From contig NC_043003.1 in assembly GCF_006345805.1 (NCBI RefSeq), forward strand, positions 69,750,001 to 69,814,000: a stretch of 64,000 nucleotides of DNA, read 5' to 3'. Below the pieces are notes generated by a model. It made no database searches, had not been told where the DNA came from, and saw only the letters and a list, made by a program, of their open reading frames with translations. Each line of letters opens with the position of its first letter. The first letter of the stretch is position 1. The translations under genes and the position numbers were made by a program. Source of the DNA: Octopus sinensis. Its lineage: Eukaryota. Positions 40,201 through 52,140 of this stretch are shown in pieces.

Positions 40201-40544
40201 TTATATCTATTTTAATAATGAACTGCAGTACTTTGCTCTGATACAAAAAAATCTGTCTGGTGATGATGGCTATTAAATATCAATACCTTCAGATAACACA
40301 CCAGATAAGTTCTTTTTATCAATTTAAATTCCACCACCACCACCACCACCACCACTGCCGCCACCACCACCATCATCATCATTACAGTAATTTGTCTTTT
40401 TTGCTCTTCCTTCTCCTCTTCCTCTTTCTTATTTCTCCTCTGTTAATGATCGTTTTCATTCTCCTCCAGATATTATTTAGCTCTAGATTGTATGTGTGTG
40501 TGTGTGCATGTATGTGTATATGTGTATGTGTATACAATATATGT

Positions 40545-40900
40545 GGAGGCACAATGGCCCAGTAGTTAGAGCAGCGAACTCGCGGTTGTAGGATAGTGGT
40601 TTCGATTCCCAGAACAGGCATTGTGAATGTTTATTGAGTGAAAACACCTAAAGCTCCATGAGGCTCCGGCAGGGGATGTGGTGTGGCCGTCCCTGCTGTA
40701 CTCTTTCACCACAACTTTCTATCACTCCTTCTTCCTGTTTCTGTTGTACCTGTATTTCAAAGGGCCAGCCTTGTCACACTGAATCTCCCTGAGAACTATG
40801 TTATGGGTACACGTGTATGTGGAGTGCTCAGTTTCTTACACGTTAATTTCAAGAGCAGGCTGTTCCATTGATTGGATCAACTGGAACTCTTGTCGTCATG
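40545..40900 (+). mobile_element. tRNA-derived SINE (family D-related)
   Basis: GGAGGCACAATGGCCCAGTAGTTAGAGC head, GGTTTCGATTCCC B box; shares body motifs with 17335-17635. Confidence 0.7.
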
Positions 40901-42099
40901 AATATAGGTCATAGATACATACATACATACATACATACATACATAAATCAACCCCAGGACTTATTCTTTGTAAGCCTAGTACTTATTCTATCAGTCTCTT
41001 TTGCTGAACTGCAAAGTTACCAGGAACGTAAACACACCAGCATCGGTTGTCAAGTGATGGTGGGGGTGACAAACACAGACACACAAGCATATGCACATAC
41101 ACATACACACAAACACACACACACATATGTATATATACGCCAGGCTTCTTTCAGTTTCTGTCTACCAAATCCACTCACAAGCCTTTGCTCAGTCTGAGGC
41201 TATAGTAGAAGACACTTGCCCAAGGCACCATGCAGTGGGACTGAACCCGAAACCATGTGGTTGGTAAGCAAGCTACTTACCACACAGCCATTACATATCA
41301 TGCACACAGAGTATGCTTCTTTCAGTTTCCATCTACCAAATTTACTCATAAGCCTGTAGCCAGCTTGGAACTATAGAGGAGAACACTTGCTCAAAGTGCC
41401 ATGCAGTGGGACTGCCATGTCTTTTCCAAAGATCAAAAGAGATCCTTGTAGAAGAAAGAAAAATCTGAAGAGATTGGCAAGAACAGGAAGTTCTGGGTGT
41501 ACCGTTTTTTGAGGGAAATACATCATTAAGGATCTGTGGCATTGTTAGTTTGAGGTGGAAGGAAGTATTTCTATATTTTGTATAATTTGAATGGCAGGCA
41601 ATCTGTCACAGGGTGGTTACTTATTTACAGCTGAGTGGACTGGGCCAACAAAAAATGAAGTCCTTTGCTCAAGAACATAATGCACCACCTGGTCCAGGAA
41701 TTGAAACAAAGAGTTGGTGATTGTGAGTACAACACCCTATCCACTAAGCCATGCGTCTTCCTGATCCGAAACCACCCAACTAAAAATGGATGGGGTGAGT
41801 ATCACAGGTGTCATCTAGTAAATTGTGATATCAGATTTAGAATCTAAAAATCTATATAAGATACAGGCATGGCTTCCCAATCACATGGATCCAGGTTCAG
41901 TTCCACTGTGTGGCACCTTGGGCAAATGTCTTCTAACATAGCCTTGAGCTAACCAACGCCCTGTGGGTGAATTTGGTGGATAGAAACTGAAAGAAGCCTG
42001 TCACACACACACACACACTCATATATATGATGGCCATCCACTCATGACTGAATAAGACCATTGCTGACCTTCAGGAACATTGTGTGCTCTAGAACTAAC

Positions 42100-42470
42100 T
42101 AATATTTTGCATTTCCAGCTCCGTTGGTGGCTAATGAGCCCTGCTCTTGACAAACATTGCAAACCAAGCTTTCCCCATTCACTATACCAGCAGTGTGCTT
42201 TTGAGCAGCACACCTAAATTCTTCATGCTGAACACAGGCCCTCTCAAAAGTGTTGACCCCTCCATAACCTGCTTTCTCTATCTGTGGCGATGACAGGCAT
42301 TGCTCTCCCAGTCAGTCTCCTGCATATCACAGGCCTTTAATGAGGACTTGACACAGTCCTTAAATTGCAGCCTTGGTTTTCTGCCAGGTTCTTTTTCCAT
42401 TCACAAGTTCTGCATATAGCATCTTCTTAGGAATCCTGCTATCCTTCATTCAAATAAAGTGTCCATCCAT
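42100..42470 (-). mobile_element. RTE/BovB-like LINE C-terminal fragment
   Basis: RMKDSRIPKKMLYAELVNGKR...GVNTFE...LVCNVC, the typical RTE C-terminus with a terminal CxxC. Confidence 0.75.
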
Positions 42471-42930
42471 CCATCCAACCACCCATCCATCCATCCATAC
42501 ACACATACAATAATAAGTTCCAAAAATTAAACAGAAGCACAACAAAGAAATAAACAGAAAATCAAAACACAAGAGACAGATGTTGCTCTTTCCTTGTCTG
42601 TTATCATCCCCAAAATCCTTGCAATTCCATGCCTTTAATGATGGTATTGTTCATTTTTGGTAGCATCAACAGTGAGCAGCTGCTAGGAATAATGTGCATA
42701 TGTTGGAGGACAGTGACAGAAACAAACACAACACAAATATGAATATACAAATAAAATAAATATGTGGCTGTGTGGTAAGAAGCTTGCCTCCTAGACGCAT
42801 GGTTCCGAGTTCAGTCTCACTGTTTGGCTTGTTGGGCAAATGTCTTCAGCTATAGCCTCAGGTCGATCAAAGCCTTGTGAGTAGATTTGCTAAACAGAAA
42901 CTAGAAGAAGCCTGTTGAATATTTATATAT

Positions 42931-42982
<52 letters not shown>

Positions 42983-43428
42983 ATGTGTGTCTGTGTTTGT
43001 TTCCTCACCATTGCTTGACAACCAATGTTGGTGTGTTTACATCCTTGTAACTTAGTGGTTTGGCGAAAGAGACAGATAGAATAAGTACTAGACTTAAAAA
43101 ATAAGCCCTCGGGTCAATTTGTCCGATTAAAAACCCTTTAAGGCAGTGCTCCAGCATGGCCACAGTCAAAAAGAATGAAAGAATAAAATAAATATATCAA
43201 GAAAATAAGGCCATGTGGCTCTAAGAGGAAATGAATGCAAAGGAAAGAAAAATATCCTACATGATGTGGGAAGGATCTTTGGAGTGGCTGTATGGTAAGT
43301 AGCTTGCTTCCCAAACACATGGTTCCAGGTTCAGTCACACTGCATAGCACCTACATCTTCTACTGTAGCCTCGAGCCCACCAAAGCCTTGTGGATGGATT
43401 TGGTAGACAGAAACTGAAAGAAGCTTGT

Positions 43429-43473
<45 letters not shown>

Positions 43474-46400
43474 TATATATATACATATATATATACATAC
43501 ATATATATGTATATACATGTATGTGTGTATGTTTGTGTGTCAGTGTTTGTCCCCCCAACATTGCTTGAGAACTGAAGGTGGTGTGTTTATGTCCCTGCAA
43601 CCTAGCAGTTCGGCAAAAGAATCCAATAGAATAAGTACCAGGCTTACAAAGAATAAGTCCTGGGATCAATTTGTTTGACTAAAAGTGACGCTCCAGCATG
43701 GTCACAGTCAAATGACTGAAACAAGTAAAAGAATATCTAACCTTCGGCTTTTACTATAGCCCCTGGACTAACCAAAACCTTGTGACTGGATTTGGTTGAT
43801 GGATATTGAAAGAAACCTGTCATATGTATATATGTGCATATGTATGAGCACGTGCGAATGTATGTGAGTTCCCTTGTGATGGTTGTAAACAAACATCACC
43901 CTCATACAAGCAGTGTTGTTTGTTTCCAGTCTTCCATGAAGTGTCTTCTATATAACCATGGTTTTCATGGCACATATATTTCCCCTTGGATGGGATGCCA
44001 GTCCATCACAGGATTACTCATTTTTTCCAGCTGAGTGAACTGGAATAATTTGAAATAAAGTGTTTTGCTCAAGGACCTTCCTGGTTCAGGAATTGAAACC
44101 GCAATCTTAGGTCCCTGAGTCCAGCACCCTAACCACTAAGCTACACACCTTCACCAGAATTCAGAATCACATGGTTGAGAAGTAAGCTTCTCACTCACAC
44201 AGCAACACCTGCACCTACACAATACACAGTCGTTAGATATTTGCACTTATCTCACTCTGCTGAATCCATATTCACTTACAGACATGGAATGGGGAAACAG
44301 TAAACCATTCCAGCATATGCTCTCCAAGACACAATGCAAATGGAAGCAAAAGTCATCTTCCAATAACACCTTCAGTGGTAGGAAGAGATTAAGAAAAATA
44401 TAATGCTAAACCAAGATATGGTCTGACTAGCTGACACAAGCTTAACATGCTATTATCTGAGGATGCTATCATAAATCTTCCTTTTTACCATTGTAATTGA
44501 TATGGCTGCAAAATATCTCATTATTTATTCAAGACCACGATGAATAAATTGATATAAAACTCATTGAATCTAATGTTAAGCTACTATCAGATACAAGTAT
44601 TTATGTGTAGACATATACACAAATGCACTTACATCTATATATGCATATAAGAATGCATTATGCTTGTGCATACAGACATGTATGCATCATGTGTGTGTGT
44701 GTGTGTTTGTAAAGTATGTATTATGTGTTTGTAAGTGTACATCTATGTATATGTGGATATAATAAAACCTTTCAGAGATTTTTAGGCAGTCGTTGGTCCA
44801 AATTTTGAGTTATCAATTTCCATTAGACATATCAAGAACCAATAACACAAAATTTGAAGAGACAGCAGTTTCTATTGCAGTATATCCTTAGTTCTGTTTT
44901 TATGTAATGTGTGCCTTTTCCATGTGTGGAGGGAATGGTAAAGGCAATGCCAAATGGTGAAACGCTCTGCTACAGAAGACTCACCACATCCAAACAAACA
45001 TGGCAAATAGATGATGGCCAGTCTAATGTCTATTTTTGGATCCTTATTACCTATTTTGTTTTATATTAAGTCTCTTTGCTATGAGCCAGCTTTGCCGCTC
45101 TCTACTGCTCCCCCACCCCATGTTGTTGTTCTCTCCTCTATCACTTATGTCCTCTCCTAACACTGTTCCTCCCTTCTAGCACTCTCTCTCTCTCTCTCTC
45201 ACCATTCTGCCAGGGTAACAACGGATAACATTACAATATGTATTCAATCTCCCATCTTACCATCACCCATCTTTGCCTCTTCTGTTATGCATTATTGATG
45301 CACATCACTCTCTCACCTACCACACTCATATTCTCTCCCATACACTCTCTCACTCTCTCTCTTACATTACTCTCTTCTCGGTCACCCTCTTGGTCATGCT
45401 GTATCTATTCACTCTTCTTCTTACTATCACTACCTCGCTCATTCTTCTGTCACTCTTTCAATGCTATCACTGGCTCTCTTCCATTACACTCCCTCTCTTC
45501 TCTCATCCCCACCTCTTTCTCCCACCACACTGCCTTATGAGGATGTAAGTTATGAGGATGTAAGCAAACCAACACCAGTTTTCAAGCAGTGAGAAGGGTA
45601 GGAGCAAACACAAAGACTCACACACACAAATGCATGTATACATGTGAATACTAGAAATAGCTTCCACACAGTTTCCATCAACCAAATTCATTCACAAAAC
45701 ATTGAAGGCAGCAATACATATCTACCAACACATCAATACCTCCTACCAGCTGCTTAATATAAAAAATAGTACTTTATAGCTATTTATAGCATCCACAAAC
45801 TCAGAGCTACATTGGGTCCACTCCACTTTTTAACATAGAGCAAGTGTTCCTGTAGTGAATAATTAATAATTCCTGCAACAGCTTCACATAACCAGCACCC
45901 AGCCCATCCAAAGTACCTTGGATCACAGGACAGCCTGCTGTACTTACCTTGGATCGTAGGGCGACCTGCTGTGCTTGAGGAGACCTACTGAGTCAAGTAT
46001 ATCAACATCAAAATAAAAATCAAATGGAAATTGTAGTTGTGATACCCATGCCGGTGGCATGTAAAAAGCACCATCTGAACGTGGCTGATGCCAGCGCCGC
46101 CTTGGCTGGCGTCTGTGCCGGTGGCACATAAAAAGCACCAACCAATCATGGACGTTGCCAGTCTCCTCTGGCCTCTGTGCTGGTAGCACATAAAAAGCAC
46201 TCACAGGGTGGTTGGCGTTAGGAAGGGCATCCAGCTGTAGAAACACTGCCAGATCACACTGGAGCCTGGTGCAGCCTCCTGGCTTCCCAAACCCCGGTTG
46301 AACCATCCAACCCATGCTAGCATGGAAAACAAACAATAAATGAGGATGATGATGATGACGAAGGACAACATGGCTTTATGATAAACAGGGATGAAAGATA

Positions 46401-47030
46401 AACTTACAAACATGTTTTAGCAAAATACATAGTTTTAGGTTTGTTGTGATAAATAGATACTGTGGTTAAACCATATTTTTTTTCTCTCTGAGCCCAGAAA
46501 ATGTAAGTCTACCATAAATCACTATTCACCTTAACACCATATGGTACATCTATAGATTGATTATTCCTATTGCTAACATTGGCACTACTATGGAAATTAG
46601 AGATGACAAATTTAGTTCTACCCAAGTTTGAGGATACTATAAATAGCTATAAACTACTATTCTCTCGGTGATCAGGAAAATTAGATCTACCCAAGTTTGG
46701 ATATTATAAATAATAATAATAATAAAATTATTGTATACAGTGCTCAGGTGCACCACAACTTGTCAGACAGTGCATATAAAGCACATGCAGTAATGTAGAA
46801 ATGTCTGGAAAGCGAACAATGCATGAGTCAGATACATGCTTGTGTGTGTATGGAGGGGAGAAAATCAGGTGTAGTGTTGGCGAATCTCAGAAAGCATGGA
46901 AGTTTTGAAGGAAAAAATTAATAAAACTTGACAGGATAATCTTTACGTCTGGTCACAGAGTAAAAAGAAAAAAAACCGTATTTTTACAGCTGGGTCTAAA
47001 ATGTTTGTTTACTGAGAACACAAATTTGCA

Positions 47031-47195
47031 CTTATTTACATTATTTACATTCAACGGATATTTGTCCTCATCTTGTTTGTTGTTAACACAATATTTCGGC
47101 TGATATACCCTCCAGCCTTCATCAGGTGTCGGAGAAATTTCGAACCTGGGTTCTCATTCCTAAGATATTTTTCGTTGTTGTTGTTGTTGTTATTA

Positions 47196-47234
<39 letters not shown>

Positions 47235-48070
47235 CATTATTATTATTATTATTATTGCAGGTGGGGCCCTGTTAGAATTTTCTTCTGGTCGAGTAACCCA
47301 TCTCACTCAAAAGGTCCCTCAATAAGGGTTGTTTAAGGATGTTGAATGAAACACCCATGTTTCCAGAGGTGAATTATTCAAACCCCAAAGAATTCCTCTC
47401 AACACATGGCTATGATGCTCTCCCACTACTTCTGCTTGTGATCAGAGATGCACATATAGTCACCACTAAGGGACATGCTCAACTGGTTAAGGTCAAACAA
47501 CTGACAAGCAAATTTGTGGTATTGAGCAGAATATTTGCTGTAGCAAATTATTATTATTATTATTTATTTATTTATTGCTTACAGGGGGCTAAACATAGAG
47601 GGGACAAACAAAAGAATTAAGTCGATTACATCGACCCCAGTGCATAACTGATACTTATTTAACCGACCCCGAAAGGATGAAAGGCAAAGTCGACCTCAGT
47701 GGAATTCAAACTCAGAACGTAACAGCAGATGAAATACCACCAGGCAGTTCGCCCGGATTGCTAACGATTCTGCCAGCTCACCGCCAATATTATTATTATT
47801 ATTATTATTATTCAGCTCACTGCCTGGAATTGAACTTGGAATTTTGGAGTTAGTAGCCTGCGCTCTTAACCACTACTCCACATGCCCATAGGCGTATAAT
47901 AATAATAACATCGAAAAATACTGTAAGAATGAGAACCCAGCTTCAAAATTTCCCCATGACACCTGATGAAAACGTGTTAACAACAAACAAGATGAAGACA
48001 AATATCCGTCAAATGTAAATAATGTAAATAAGGTACATAATTCCTCATCTCTTAAATATGGAACTGTATT
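47031..48070. mobile_element. HHR-B fold-back element (opposite orientation to 22572) with nested insertions in its central (AAT)n; 11-bp TSD
   Basis: TSD ACAAATTTGCA at 47020-47030 and 48071-48081; arms ~47031-47170 and ~47900-48070; right-arm HHR has lost stem II. Confidence 0.85.
47086..47129 (-). ncRNA. Intact minimal hammerhead (family HHR-B), sense to the DCDC1 pre-mRNA
   Basis: acac-CTGATGA-a-ggctg(gagggtatat)cagcc-GAAA-ta-TT-gtgt; 4-bp stem I, 5-bp stem II, palindromic stem III ATAT. Confidence 0.82.
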
Positions 48071-49320
48071 ACAAATTTGCAACTTTACTGTATGTCTCTA
48101 CTTACCCTATTGTCATTAATATATCTTTTATCTACTATTTGTTTCAATCACTGGCTTGTGGCCATGTGTGGCACCATCTTGAAGAATTTAGTGAACTAAA
48201 TTGTTCATTTTAAGCCTGGTACTTATTTTATTAATCTGTTTTGCTGAACTACTAAATTACAAGGATGTAAGCATACTGACACCAGTTTTCAAGCAGTGAG
48301 AGGGGTAGAAGCAAACACAAAGACTCACACACACATATACGCATATATACATGTGAATACTATAAATAGCTTCGACACAGTTTCCATCAACCAAATTCAC
48401 TCACAAAACATTGGTTGGCTGTATCAGAAGACACTTGTCCAAGGTGCTGTGCAGGGCGATTGAACACAAAGCCATGCGGCTGCAAACCAAACTTGTTAAC
48501 AACATAATCATGCCTGCATCTGCACACACACACACACACACAAATACATGCTGGTTAATGTCATGAAATGTACACAGTGCCACTGTGCTGAACCTGTTGC
48601 TCTTGCATAAATATTACTCAAAAATATACACAGGGGCAGGTGTGGCTGTGTGCTAAGAAGCTTGTGTGGTAAGGCGGCAAGCTGGCAGAAACGTTAGCAC
48701 ACTGGGCGAAATGCTTAACGGTATTTCGTCTGCCACTACGTTCTGAGTTCAAATTCCGCCGAGGTTGACTTTGCCTTTCATCCTTTCGGGGTCGATTAAA
48801 TAAGTACCAGTTACGCACTGGGGTTGATGTAATCGACTTAATCCATTTGTCTGTCCTTGTTTGTCCCTTCTGTGTGTAGCCCCTTGTGAGCAGTAAAGAA
48901 ATAAGAAGCTTGCTTCCCAACAACATAGTTCTGGGTTCAGTCTCACTGTGTAACACCTTGGGCAAGTGTCTTCTACTATAGCCTCAAACCATCCAAAGCC
49001 TTGTGAGTGAATTTGATGGATGGAAACTAAAAGAAGCTCATCATGTGTTTGTGTGTGTGTGCTTGTTTCCTATCACCACTTGACAATCAGTGTTGGTACA
49101 TTTATGTCCTTGTAACTTAGCAGTTCAGCAGAAGAGCCTGATAGAATAAGAAACCAGACTCAAAGAAAGTAAGCACTGGGGTTGGTGTGTTCAACTAACA
49201 TTCTTCAAAGCAGTGCTCCAGCATGGTCACAGTCTAATGACTAAAACAAGTAAAACATAAAACAGCCATGCAAACCTTAGGCTAAACATAATGGCATGTA
49301 AAAAACAACATCTGATGCCA

Positions 49321-49700
49321 GGGCCACTTGACTGGCTCCCATGCTGGTGGCACATAAAAAGCATCATTTGAACATGGCCGATGCCAGGGCCACCTGATTG
49401 GCTCCCATGCTGGTGGCACATAAAAAGCATCATTTGAACATGGCCGATGCCAGGGCCACCTGACTGGCTCCCATGCTGGTGGCACATAAAAAGCATCATT
49501 TGAACATGGCCGATGCCAGGGTCACCTGACTGGTTCCCATGCTGGTGGCACATAAAAAGCATCATTTGAACATGGCCGATGCCAGGGCCATCTGACTGGC
49601 TCCCATGCTGGTGGCACATAAAAAGCATCATTTGAACATGGCCGATGCTAGGGCCACCTGACGGGCTCCTGTGCCGGTGGCACATAAAAAGCACCTACTA
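49321..49700. repeat. 66-bp VNTR (~6 units) inside a family A SINE
   Basis: GGGCCAC-type unit starts at 49321, 49387, 49453, 49519, 49585 and 49651. Confidence 0.95.
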
Positions 49701-50529
49701 CACTCTCAGAGTGGTTAGCATTAGGAAGGGATTCCAGCTGTAGAAACATTGCCAGATCAGATTGGAGCCTGGTGCAGTCACTGGCTCTCCAGACCTCAGT
49801 CAAACCATCCAACCCATGCCAGCATGGAAAGCAGACGTTAAATGATGATGACAACGATGATGATGATGATGAATGCAGATTGCAAATTGCAAATGCTATG
49901 AACTGCTTTGCACAAACAAATTGAATTTCTAATATTGTAAAATACTGCAGGAATTACAAAATAAGAAATAGATTTTATCTGATACATAAATTTAAAATGA
50001 AAGCAATGTAAATTAGTGTAAACAGTAGCTGATCTTGTGAGGTCAACAACATCAGACCTGCCTTATTATTGTCTTCGATGCATATATTTTTAGATTGGAA
50101 AGCAATTTACAGTCAGATGATATCAGAATGATGAGTCTGTGGTTAAAAAAAAATTTTGTTGGATTTGAAACCATATGGATTTGAGTTTAGTTTCACTGTG
50201 TGGTCACTTGAGCAAAACTTCCGCTACAGCCCTGGGCTGGCAAAAACTGTGAGTGGATTTGGTAAACTGCTGTGACAGACACCTCCAATTGAGAAGTGGG
50301 CTGTTTCACTACTGTTAAATAGTGGACAGACACAGCACCACGAGGTATTTTTGGGTTGTGGCAGTGTGTTTTTTACGTTGAAGTGGTGATATTGTTATAA
50401 TTGTTAAATGTGTCCACGCGTGGGTGTACCACGTTTTGTTCCTTGTTGAAATTGGTGTTTCTGCTAACGAGTTTTTGTTTAATTGTTTTTTGTTCCCAAT
50501 AACAGGAGAGCCGGAGAGAAAAAGTGAAA

Positions 50530-51245
50530 TGGAACCTGGACCAGCAAATAGCCACAGTTATGTGGCTGCCACTGGCAGAGGAATAGAAGTAGAAGCTTTG
50601 GAGGTTTGAGAAGTTAAAATTGAGCCGAGAAAGCTGAAAGAATGTGGCAAGCTACTATAAAAGGAAGGCCACAACCTTAAATTGATGCCCCCAGTTGACT
50701 TAACAAAGGGAGTTAAAAAAAGGACAGCGATATACAACACTGAAGGTATCGACAAGGAAAAATGATAGAAGACATTGAAATGTTTAAAAGAGGTCAAAAA
50801 GGTCACCACATTTATAACAAGAGGAAGAAGATATGGCACAGTGGAGGTGTCATTCACAAGCAAAGAAGTGATAGAGCACTCCACTGATACCATAAAGACA
50901 GAAGTGTGGGTGCTCCTACCAACATACTGTGGAAAGTGAGTTGTCAGAGTAAGGGTGGGAAAAGTGCCACCAGCGTTGAATGAAACATGGCTGGTTGCTG
51001 CAATAATGTACAATATAGAGGAGGATGTGAAAATCCAGAGAGTTACGAGAACGAAAAGAGTGAACTGGTGGGGATACGGAATTGAGATGGTAGCACAGGC
51101 AAGTGTGAGTGACATGAATGAAATTCTGGAAGAAATTATCCTTCCCAAAGATATGAGATTGAGAGTGGTAGTGGACGGTAGGCCTCCCATATGCTACTCG
51201 TATGGCAAGAAAGGCCACATGAAGGCGAGATGCCCCCAGAGAGAA
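50530..51245 (+). mobile_element. Tx1/L1-like ORF1 (gag-like, zinc knuckle), decayed
   Basis: ...RRYGTVEVSF...VRVRVGKVPP...LRVVVDGRPPICYSYGKKGHMKARCP: CCHC knuckle with the second Cys changed to Tyr; in-frame stops upstream. Confidence 0.72.
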
Positions 51246-51844
51246 GAGAAGGAACATCAAATATAAATATATATTAAAATAATAAGGCACCCAATAGTAT
51301 AAAATATACACATATACACAAATAGGAGGTGATAAAACCTAAAAGGGTAATACGAGTGAAGTCGAATGAAGAAAAATATATGGAATAAATTCATGCATAA
51401 TAAAGGTGACTAAAAATTTAAGGCAATGGAGCTAAAACAATATAAATATAAATATATAAAAATACAATATAAATATAAAAATAAAGTGTAAGGTAACCAG
51501 AGCAGAGTCCATTTAAGCCCATCTCTACGGTCATTTCAAAGGATGCTGCTTCACATCGTTAATGTACAATCCATTAAGGAAATCCAAAGGAAACACCTTT
51601 CCATCAGGAGAAAACTTACAAAGGCTTCACATTTCTGGTTATCACATTGTAGTGTTTATTCATTATACCTGTCAATTTATTTCTCCTTTCACCTTGGTGT
51701 CACCTGACCACTTCCAGTAACAGTCCTATTTTTATTTTTGTTCTTTGATTTAACGAAGTTATAAAATTATATATATATATATTTTTTTTGTTTCAGGTCA
51801 GAGCTGCGGCCATGCTGATGCACCGCCATTTTGTGCTACACTGT

Positions 51845-52140
51845 TATTACTAAGAGCCTCCTCTAATATGTGGCACTTGGTGAAGAATGGAGTTTGATAT
51901 AGCTACCCTCATTTGCACTTCTTGCCGTGAGGTAGGTTCATCTGGGACTCTCGACAGGAAGATGTCCGGCTTTGATTTAAAAACCGCTACATCTACTTTG
52001 TGCAAGTTCCTCAGACTCTTTGGGAGAATATTAAAAAGCTGTGGGCCCTTGAAACCCAAGCTGTTGCAGTAGCTGGTCCTGAAGCGTGATAGCATTGCTG
52101 GGATCTTTGGCACTATGCAGTGTCGTCCCATTCTAGCGTT
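51845..52140 (-). mobile_element. CR1-group LINE 3' fragment (different subfamily from 31889-34935)
   Basis: NARMGRHCIVPKIP...NSLGFKGPQLFNILPKSLRN...FKSKPDIFLSRVPDEP...SNSILHQ. Confidence 0.75.

Noticed and set aside
47815-47895. tRNA-like sequence on the minus strand; also the SINE heads at 5385, 17635, 40545 and 63637
   Set aside because: A and B boxes are present but no complete cloverleaf with acceptor and anticodon stems; these are retroposon heads, not tRNA genes.
47955-47985. HHR-B core in the right arm of the 47031 element
   Set aside because: Stem II and part of the GAAA context are deleted (ACCTGATGAAAACGTGTT); non-functional.
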